A DNA stretch of 22,904 nt from Candidatus Hermodarchaeota archaeon (GTDB lineage: Archaea > Asgardarchaeota > Lokiarchaeia > Sigyniarchaeales > SOKP01), in assembly GCA_048885535.1 (NCBI GenBank), contig JBHLLO010000045.1:1-22904 (forward strand), given 5' to 3'. Position numbers and translations under genes: made by a program. Under the pieces are notes generated by a model. That model had not been told where the DNA came from, did not search any database, and saw only the letters and a program-made list of their open reading frames with translations. Below are positions 1-7,341 of the stretch, piece by piece; positions within the stretch are counted from its first letter, which is position 1, and each line of letters begins with the position of its first letter.

Positions 1-1610
1 ATAATGAATTAGAAAATAAGAGGATAATAGACCTTAGCTGTGGATGTGGTAGCTTTCTAAATCAAGTTATAAAAGTTAAGATTGAATATTATCTTAATAA
101 ATTCAATTTAAAAGCGATATCAGATCTTTCGATTGAGCAAGTTAAACTAATTATTAAAGAAATTCAAGAAAATGTATATGGTTTAGACATAAATTCTTTA
201 GCTTGTATTTTATGTTGTATAAATCTCTACTTTTCTTTATATGAATTAATTAATATTGTAATACGAAATGATCCTGAATATGAAATTCCAAGTTTGAAAA
301 TTCATAATATTAATGCACTTGAGTTTTCTAAATTTAATAACTTTGATTTTGTTGTGGGAAATCCTCCTTATATATTTTTAAGAGATATTGATCAAGAAGA
401 GAAGAATTTAATTGAGTATGGTAATTTTGATACAATCTCAGGCCAATATGATTATTATCAAATTTTTATTGAATTAGGTATTAAAGTTTTAAGAAATTCT
501 GGATATCTAGGCTACATTTTACCTGATTCCCTTTTAGCTCTTTCAAATCGAAGAGTAATAAGAAAGTACATATATGTTAACACAAAGATCAAAGAATTGT
601 ACTACATTGGACAAAGTTTTGATGATCCAGTTGTATCAAACGTTATAGTAATATTGCAGAAAGAAAACGATGAGATTGAACGACTTGAGAATAAGATACT
701 CCTTAAGAATCGATTAGATAAAAATGAAAAGTTGATTAGATCTATACCACAAATGGTTTTAAAAAAGTGGGATTACAATTTTTTAATTAATTTAGATGAC
801 AGAGATATGCATATTCTTGACTATCTTAATTCTAACTTCCTAAATCTTAAAGAAATAAATATAAAACCGGATTATAATATAAAAATATTTAGAGGAGTAG
901 AATTAGGAAAAGAAGGAAAAGTATTATTTTGTAAAAAATGCGAAAAATACATTCCAATGCCAACAAGGAATAAAATTTGTAAAGATTGCAATTCAATCTT
1001 AAATTTTGATAATTTCGAACGAATTATTGTTGATAAAGTTCCTCGAGGATTAGAAAACCAATATAAACTCTTCCTTTTTTCAATGAGTAGATACCAGTCA
1101 AAAAAATATAAATATATTAACATTAAAAAGAAGGGAATAAATTATAAGAATTTAGAGGATTATGAAGATAGAATAGTTATACGGCAATTAAGCCAAAATA
1201 ATATGATATGCGCTACGTACGATAAATATTCTCTAACTTCTCAATCCTTTTACAATTTGAAAATTCTTAAATCTTCTTTATCCGAGATTAATCATTATTA
1301 CTTGCTAGGCCTAATAAATTCACAGTTACTATCTTATTATTTTATTAAAATGTTTGGCTCTTACAAAAAATTATTTCCAAGGATTCTGATTGAAAAAATT
1401 GAAACTTTACCAATAGCTTTGCCTGAAAATGCTGAAGAGAGCCTTATTGGTAAAGAAATTCAGGAATGTGTTAAAAGGAGATTATTACTTGGTAATTCTA
1501 ATAATGACGAAGCATATAATTTTGAGAAAAATATTGATTCTTTAGTTTTTAAGTTATACAAGATAAGAGATAAGGACAAATTATACATTTCAAAGTTCTT
1601 TACAAACTAA
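1..1610 (+). CDS. N6-adenine DNA methyltransferase (gamma class, Eco57I/TaqI-like) with C-terminal specificity domain; 5'-truncated by the window edge
   Basis: The frame is open from position 3 (NELENKRIIDLSCGCGSFL = SAM-binding motif I; YGLDIN), so the real gene starts upstream of the track's 294 start. Catalytic motif VVGNPPY, DYYQIFIELG and the TaqI_C-like YLLGLINSQLLSYYF follow. There is a CKKC...CKDC insert. Confidence 0.85.
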   Translation, partial: NELENKRIIDLSCGCGSFLNQVIKVKIEYYLNKFNLKAISDLSIEQVKLIIKEIQENVYGLDINSLACILCCINLYFSLYELINIVIRNDPEYEIPSLKIHNINALEFSKFNNFDFVVGNPPYIFLRDIDQEEKNLIEYGNFDTISGQYDYYQIFIELGIKVLRNSGYLGYILPDSLLALSNRRVIRKYIYVNTKIKELYYIGQSFDDPVVSNVIVILQKENDEIERLENKILLKNRLDKNEKLIRSIPQMVLKKWDYNFLINLDDRDMHILDYLNSNFLNLKEINIKPDYNIKIFRGVELGKEGKVLFCKKCEKYIPMPTRNKICKDCNSILNFDNFERIIVDKVPRGLENQYKLFLFSMSRYQSKKYKYINIKKKGINYKNLEDYEDRIVIRQLSQNNMICATYDKYSLTSQSFYNLKILKSSLSEINHYYLLGLINSQLLSYYFIKMFGSYKKLFPRILIEKIETLPIALPENAEESLIGKEIQECVKRRLLLGNSNNDEAYNFEKNIDSLVFKLYKIRDKDKLYISKFFTN

Positions 1611-1673
1611 AAGAATAATAAGGAGGTCTTAGGAGACTTAATTTAATTTTAGGAAAACTTGGTGGAATATAGA

Positions 1674-1847
1674 TTAAATTGAGCGACTTAAATTTTCTCG
1701 ATTAATGTAAGTGTTTAAAATTTTATTCCATTTTTCGGCTAAATCATGTAAACCTGTTTTTTCGAATAATTTCACTGCGCGATCAAAAGTTTGGATAATT
1801 TTAGTTTCATTCGAGATATCATTATTTAGGTTTATATTTTCCGTCAT
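1674..1847 (-). CDS. Small helical hypothetical protein (57 aa), paralog of 1935..2087
   Basis: Hand translation: MTENINLNNDISNETKIIQTFDRAVKLFEKTGLHDLAEKWNKILNTYINRENLSRSI*. ATG at 1847, TAA at 1674-1676. It shares a motif with the adjacent ORF and is below the ORF-track cutoff. Confidence 0.65.
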   Translation of the reverse strand: MTENINLNNDISNETKIIQTFDRAVKLFEKTGLHDLAEKWNKILNTYINRENLSRSI

Positions 1848-1934
1848 GAATTAAGAGAAAAGCAATTTGATTAAAAAAGAATATATTATGGTGATGTAAC
1901 TATTGGAATATGTCGAACTGCCTGTTAAGAGGGA

Positions 1935-2087
1935 TCATCTAATACTTTTTGAATCAGAATACTTTTTTAAAGTGTTTTCTCCTTTTTTTGCTAAATCTAT
2001 AAGACCTGATTGCTTACATATTGAAACTACACGATTTAATATTTTAGCAATATTTTCTTCATGCTCCAGTATCTCATCCTTAACCAT
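1935..2087 (-). CDS. Small helical hypothetical protein (50 aa), paralog of 1674..1847
   Basis: Hand translation: MVKDEILEHEENIAKILNRVVSICKQSGLIDLAKKGENTLKKYSDSKSIR*. ATG at 2087, TGA at 1935-1937. Shared pattern I-x5-R-x-V-x5-[ST]GL-x-DLA-x-K-x4-L-x2-Y. Confidence 0.65.
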   Translation of the reverse strand: MVKDEILEHEENIAKILNRVVSICKQSGLIDLAKKGENTLKKYSDSKSIR

Positions 2088-2225
2088 AGAAGTAAATAAT
2101 ATAAATAAAAGATAAAAAATTGTATAATATGGGGATAATCAGATTGCCCTAAAGAATGAATTTTTTCTAATACCTATATTTATATTAGTAGAAAATATAT
2201 TAATTTTAAGAGGATAATTTAAAGA

Positions 2226-3209
2226 GTGAAGACTTTGGAAGGACTTCCAAACATTAATCTTATTACATCATTACTAAAAAATTATATGTATGAAGTTGAT
2301 GGCGCTGCAGCTGTTGCGTTGTGTGATAGAGACGGTTTTATAATAGCTTCTGAAAGTAAGGAGAAGGAAAACGAAGATTCAGATTCTATTATTGGAGCAA
2401 TTTCAGCATTCTTAGATATCTATATTGATCGTATAAAAAGTGAATATAAGACACAAAGCAATTTTTTCAATATCACTTCGATGCAAAACAGAAAGTTTGC
2501 ATACTGTTCGATGGGACACCATTCAATCTTAACTACAATTGCAGATCCTTCCACTTCAGATGTTGAGCTAAAGGTATATTCTGAACACATTGCAAGTAAA
2601 ATTGAACTGTTATTAGAAGGAAATGAAAATGTATCAATTGAAATCCCTGAAATTATAAGAGTTTTATCCAAAAGAAGAGAAGGGAAATTGCCGAAAGGAC
2701 AATTTACGGCTAAACTTATTCTGACGGGAGATTTTAAAGTTGGTAAAACGTCCCTAATAAAAAGATTTGTTGAAAATAGTTTTAAAGAAAGTTATATCAG
2801 CACGATTGGAGTTGAAATCTCCAAAAAGTCAATAATTATGGACGAAGAAACTAAATTGAACTTCGTCCTTTGGGATATTGGAGGTCAAATTGGACAAATA
2901 AGACCTTATAGGCAAAGGTTCTATGATGGAGCAAATGCAGCATTTATAGTCGTTGATAGAACGCGAAGCCATATAGAGAGCATAAAGTTTTGGCACAAAG
3001 ATATAAAAGAGTCAGTTCCAAATCATATTCCAATAGTATTAGTAGGCAACAAATCAGATTTACAAGATCAGATTGCAATTACAGAAGAACAATTAAAGAT
3101 TATTTCAAAGGAGTTAGATCTTCATTATATTGTTACCTCAGCTAAAACAGGGGAAAATGTAAACGAAGCATTCCTTTATATTGCTTATAGATTTATAGAG
3201 AAAGTATAA
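2226..3209 (+). CDS. Roadblock/LC7-like domain fused to a Rab-like small GTPase (eukaryotic signature protein)
   Basis: N-terminal VDGAAAVALCDRDGFIIAS resembles roadblock/MglB. The C-terminal part has all G motifs: GDFKVGKTS (G1), STIGVE (G2, Rab-like), WDIGGQ (G3), GNKSD (G4), TSAK (G5). There is no C-terminal Cys prenylation motif. Confidence 0.88.
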   Translation: MKTLEGLPNINLITSLLKNYMYEVDGAAAVALCDRDGFIIASESKEKENEDSDSIIGAISAFLDIYIDRIKSEYKTQSNFFNITSMQNRKFAYCSMGHHSILTTIADPSTSDVELKVYSEHIASKIELLLEGNENVSIEIPEIIRVLSKRREGKLPKGQFTAKLILTGDFKVGKTSLIKRFVENSFKESYISTIGVEISKKSIIMDEETKLNFVLWDIGGQIGQIRPYRQRFYDGANAAFIVVDRTRSHIESIKFWHKDIKESVPNHIPIVLVGNKSDLQDQIAITEEQLKIISKELDLHYIVTSAKTGENVNEAFLYIAYRFIEKV

Positions 3210-3366
3210 TTACATTTAATATAGCTTTTTTAATTTGGTTAATTTTCTATAATGATTTAAAGAAACTAATATTAAAAAATTAAAATTTAAAGGAGGTCAT
3301 ATAAAAATAGTATTAAAAGTAGCCTTCAATGAGATTTTTGCAACTTGAAATACTGCGGGTTATCTT

Positions 3367-4236
3367 ATGGGTTTTTCTATAAAAGAGTTAACGTATAAAG
3401 GGAGATATCTATTATATTTAACTGAACAAGAGATGGCGGGTCCATGGTTTAGCTTTAAGCTAAAAGGTAAAAAAATTGGCGTAGTACCTATAATTCTAAA
3501 AAATATTGAACCCACTCCAATATACAAAATGGTAAATAGCCGAACTGGGACGTTGATCGATCGAATCACATTAGATTTTGATATTAAAGAGTATTTAAGA
3601 AAATTAATGAAAAAAGGAGTAATAGAACCTTTATCATTAACAAAACGCCACTCTCTGATACGATTGTACATTGATGTATTTAATCGTCCAAAAGTTCCGT
3701 ATATTAATACATTTTTCACACTAAAAAATATTTCAGATTATGATTTAATTGATTTCTCTATGTATTTTATATTTGACTTTGATATCAATGGTTTAGATGG
3801 ATTCGATAATGATTTTTCGGGATACGATGAAGAAAATGATATATTATACCAATATGACGATACAGGATTATATGCGGGTTTCTCACCAATATCGAGATCA
3901 ACAAACTTTGAGACTTGCTTAACAAAAGATTTTAATATTGATAACCTAAAACTTAATTTAACAAATACACTTCATGATGGAGCGGGAGAAATCTTATCAG
4001 CATTACAAATTAAATTTCAAACATTAACCCCTGATCATACATTTCAAACAGTACTAACAATATCTGGAGGACTAAATAAAGAAGAATTAATACAAAATAT
4101 CAAAGAAGGGAAGGTAAATGCTATTAAATACCTTTCCCAAGTTAACAGATCTGTTAAGTCAGAGCAAAGAAATCAGCAGGAGGAAGCTTTTTTGAAAATA
4201 AATCTTCAAGAAGGAGTTGATTGTAACCAAGATTAA
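3367..4236 (+). CDS. Hypothetical protein (289 aa)
   Basis: Long ORF with a typical composition. It has an acidic, beta-rich central part (FIFDFDINGLDGFDNDFSGYDEENDILYQYDD), but I recognise no family with confidence. Confidence 0.75.
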   Translation: MGFSIKELTYKGRYLLYLTEQEMAGPWFSFKLKGKKIGVVPIILKNIEPTPIYKMVNSRTGTLIDRITLDFDIKEYLRKLMKKGVIEPLSLTKRHSLIRLYIDVFNRPKVPYINTFFTLKNISDYDLIDFSMYFIFDFDINGLDGFDNDFSGYDEENDILYQYDDTGLYAGFSPISRSTNFETCLTKDFNIDNLKLNLTNTLHDGAGEILSALQIKFQTLTPDHTFQTVLTISGGLNKEELIQNIKEGKVNAIKYLSQVNRSVKSEQRNQQEEAFLKINLQEGVDCNQD

Positions 4237-4346
4237 ATCCAAAATAATGATTCAAATAAATAAATCAAACTTGAAAGTTATTTGATGAATACTCTGCGCG
4301 AGTGCGGATTTATAATTAAAAGATGATAATTAATTACCTGTTTAAA

Positions 4347-5567
4347 CTAACTAAAGATATTTTGGATCTGGAACTTCTCAGATATTATTTCATTGAATAA
4401 GAATGACTGAAGTTTCTTTTTAAAATTATTTGTTTGTAAATAACGTTCGAAATGAACCTTGATTTTATCGTATACAAGAGGATTTGAATTAATTACTATA
4501 ATATAATTATCAAATTCTTCCCAATCTAACTTTTTCTTCAGATAGTTTTGAACAGTATTCTCTTCTAATTTGGAGTTTATCTCCTTTTCTAATTCCTCTT
4601 TATTTAAATTATTATTTTCGATTAAAAAATAATCAATTATTATTTTTTGTTTGTTTTGATTCTGAAGGATGATTATTCCCTTTTTCTTTTGCTCCTGGTA
4701 AACGAAGTTTATTACATTGTTGTTTGTTTTTTGAAAGAGTGTGTATAAAAGATATTGAAAATCTTTAAATTCTCCTACTTTAGCGCCTTCAATCTTAGTC
4801 TGGATTAGTGATTGAAAATCTTTATTAATTTCATATCCTATACTTTTACGAAATAATACCTTCGCCACTTTCAGTGAGGTACCAGAACCAACGAAGGGAT
4901 CCAAAATAGTATCTCCAATAAAGGAGAACATACGTATTAATCTGTAGGGTAATTCATCTGGAAACATAGCTATATGTTCTTTTTGTATTATCCCAGGAAA
5001 TTTCCAATGCCCAACAAACCATTTTTTCCATTCTGTTAGAGAAATTTTTGACATCTCTTTGATTTTTAAATCAATTTTTCTTCCTTTCCCGAAAGGTTTT
5101 TTAAAAATTAAGATATGTTCATAATCATAAGTTAATAATCCGTTACGGGGATAATAGATTGACCCCATTAAAGAACAACCTCCTGTAGTATTAGTCGTAC
5201 TAACTTTTTGCCAAATAATATCACCAAGATAATCAAAACCTATTTTTTGGCAATCCTCAATTATTTTACTAGCAATTGATAATATGCGATATCTTCCGTA
5301 TTCTGTAGTCCTAAGATATTGGTCTCCTACATTAATTATCATCCTACAATGCGGTTCCAAAACCCGAAAGCATTCAGTCCATACATTTTTAAGCCTTTGA
5401 AAATAATCCTCAAAGGAGTCAGAAAATCCTATTTGAGATATCGAACCATAATCCTTTATTTTACCATAAGGAGGTGATGTTAGTATTAATTGAATTGAAT
5501 TATCATTAACTTCATTCATTAATTCAGAGCTTTTAAAGTAAATTTTGGGTTCTTCAATATCAAACAT
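4347..5567 (-). CDS. N4-cytosine/N6-adenine DNA methyltransferase (beta class) with C-terminal extension
   Basis: Catalytic motif LILTSPPY precedes SAM-binding motif ILDPFVGSGT (beta order), with HIAMFPDELPYRLI and GYEIN. A GGAG site lies upstream on the minus strand. Confidence 0.88.
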   Translation of the reverse strand: MFDIEEPKIYFKSSELMNEVNDNSIQLILTSPPYGKIKDYGSISQIGFSDSFEDYFQRLKNVWTECFRVLEPHCRMIINVGDQYLRTTEYGRYRILSIASKIIEDCQKIGFDYLGDIIWQKVSTTNTTGGCSLMGSIYYPRNGLLTYDYEHILIFKKPFGKGRKIDLKIKEMSKISLTEWKKWFVGHWKFPGIIQKEHIAMFPDELPYRLIRMFSFIGDTILDPFVGSGTSLKVAKVLFRKSIGYEINKDFQSLIQTKIEGAKVGEFKDFQYLLYTLFQKTNNNVINFVYQEQKKKGIIILQNQNKQKIIIDYFLIENNNLNKEELEKEINSKLEENTVQNYLKKKLDWEEFDNYIIVINSNPLVYDKIKVHFERYLQTNNFKKKLQSFLFNEIISEKFQIQNIFS

Positions 5568-5723
5568 CGTTTAATCTCCAAGCTTTTAATGCTTCTTTAT
5601 TTTAAATTATTCTTAATTATACATTACTTATTTCCTATCTTATCTTATTTTCTTTATATTATTTTAACAAATTTATTAACTGGTTGCAAATTTTTAAGTT
5701 TATAAAACCATTTGAATTAAATT

Positions 5724-7241
5724 ATGAGCAAGACTTCAAAAGTAGATCAAGTAATACTAATTATTCTCGATGATATTCGTTCTTCTCTATTATTTGACTT
5801 AATGGAAAAACGTAAACTTCCAAATTTATCCCAACTTGCTAAGAGTGGTATTAACTCTAGAAATTGTATTACTTCCTATCCAAGTATTACTTTTCCTTGT
5901 TATAGTAATATCGTTATTGGTGCTTATTCAGGTTATTTCCCTAAGGAAGGTAGTGCTGTTCCTCTATATCACTGGTTAAATAGAAAGGATCCGCCCTCTA
6001 CCGATTCTAAATGGCCTTTCTATCGTAATTATGGAGGGGGAATAGATTTGTTAAGGATAAATAAGGATATAGGAAAAAATGTTAAAACTATTTATGAACA
6101 AGCAGGAAAAGGGAATTTTCTCAGTGCTACTAGCTTTTTACATAGGGGGTCTTATTTTGCCCTTTCCCAAAATTACTATGATGTACAACCTATATTTCAA
6201 AATATAGAAATTGCATATAGAAATCCTAGTACCTTTTTTCAAGAAAGAAATGTTCCAATAATTACTGTTGGTTATATTCCTCATACTGACGATATTATGC
6301 ATATGAAAGGATTTGACCATTTGGAATATATAAATTTGATAATCGAATGTGATAAATATCTCGGTTCTCTCATTAAAACCCTAAAAGATACAGGATATTA
6401 TAACAGCACGGCAATTGCGATAATTACAGATCATGGTAACTACAGGGCAGAGAACGTTATAGATCTCGCGCCATTTTTTCATCAAAATAGGTTAATTCCT
6501 TATAATCCTAAAGATGGTTCTGGAGATTTTGACTTAAATGCTGGATCTATGTGTTTTTTCAATTTTCAAGGTGATAATTGGCATTATCATCCATATGTTA
6601 AACAATTAGAAAACTACAAAATAAGTGGAAAAGGGGGTACAAAAATTAACCTATTTGAGACACTTTGGAAAATACCAGGAGCAAAGTTAATGTATTACAG
6701 AGACGATAATAATAAAGCAGATAAAGGAATGATTCATCTTCTCATGAAGAGTGATAAAACTAAAAGTCTTTCTAAAGCAATTATAGAATATGAAGGTTTT
6801 GGAAAAGAGCAGAAAACTAAATATCGTTATAATAATAAAGATGTATTCAATTATGATGATAACATAGAACAAAATAAAGCCTATACAATTGACCAATGGT
6901 TGAAGTTAACAAATCACCTTGATTTTCCTTTAGTTGTCGATCAGATTCCTCGTTACTTTAAAAATCCAAGATCTTGTGATATAATAATATCAACATTGGG
7001 TTCTCATGTATTTCATTATGAGCATGGTGAAACCAAGAGTCAATCTCTATTTTCGCATGATATTGGTCTTAGAAATTCAATGGTAGTTCCTTTTATAATA
7101 GGAGGTTCTTCAAATATTCCTTCATTAAATTTACCGTATTGTAAAACAACAGATATGGTTCCTACTTTATTAGACTTACTAGGAATAAAACCAGATAAAT
7201 CTGTTGTAGGTGAGTCCGTATTGAAGTACAAAATCGATTAA
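5724..7241 (+). CDS. Alkaline phosphatase superfamily, nucleotide pyrophosphatase/phosphodiesterase-like
   Basis: ILIILDD (metal Asp), TSYPSITFP (Thr nucleophile), TDDIMH, ITDHG, SHD and the C-terminal TTDMVPTLLDLLG. Confidence 0.82.
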   Translation: MSKTSKVDQVILIILDDIRSSLLFDLMEKRKLPNLSQLAKSGINSRNCITSYPSITFPCYSNIVIGAYSGYFPKEGSAVPLYHWLNRKDPPSTDSKWPFYRNYGGGIDLLRINKDIGKNVKTIYEQAGKGNFLSATSFLHRGSYFALSQNYYDVQPIFQNIEIAYRNPSTFFQERNVPIITVGYIPHTDDIMHMKGFDHLEYINLIIECDKYLGSLIKTLKDTGYYNSTAIAIITDHGNYRAENVIDLAPFFHQNRLIPYNPKDGSGDFDLNAGSMCFFNFQGDNWHYHPYVKQLENYKISGKGGTKINLFETLWKIPGAKLMYYRDDNNKADKGMIHLLMKSDKTKSLSKAIIEYEGFGKEQKTKYRYNNKDVFNYDDNIEQNKAYTIDQWLKLTNHLDFPLVVDQIPRYFKNPRSCDIIISTLGSHVFHYEHGETKSQSLFSHDIGLRNSMVVPFIIGGSSNIPSLNLPYCKTTDMVPTLLDLLGIKPDKSVVGESVLKYKID

Positions 7242-7276
7242 CTCTTTTTAATTGTTATTTATTTTTTCTTTGAAAA

Positions 7277-7284
7277 TTTATTAA
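7277..7284 (+). promoter_or_regulatory. Putative BRE/TATA box for the GH38 gene
   Basis: GAAAA followed by TTTATTAA, about 60 nt before ATG 7342, with an SD-like GAGGA at 7329-7333. The AT-rich background makes this weak. Confidence 0.35.
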
Positions 7285-7341
7285 ACCATATTTAATTATA
7301 ATCAAAACAAATTAGGCGTTTTAGATAAGAGGATTAAGATA

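Noticed and set aside
1848-1937. Fusion of the two microproteins by UGA readthrough (they are in the same frame)
   Set aside because: A second in-frame stop (TAA) lies two codons before ATG 1847.
1903-2115. 70-aa plus-strand ORF from the track
   Set aside because: It is the antisense shadow of the minus-strand microprotein 1935..2087, which is supported by paralogy.
4282-4341. GC-rich hairpin TCTGCG-CGAG-TGCGGA with a nearby TGATGA, as a C/D-box sRNA or SECIS element
   Set aside because: There is no properly placed CTGA D box, no convincing SECIS core and no selenoprotein candidate next to it. At most it is a weak hairpin between convergent genes.
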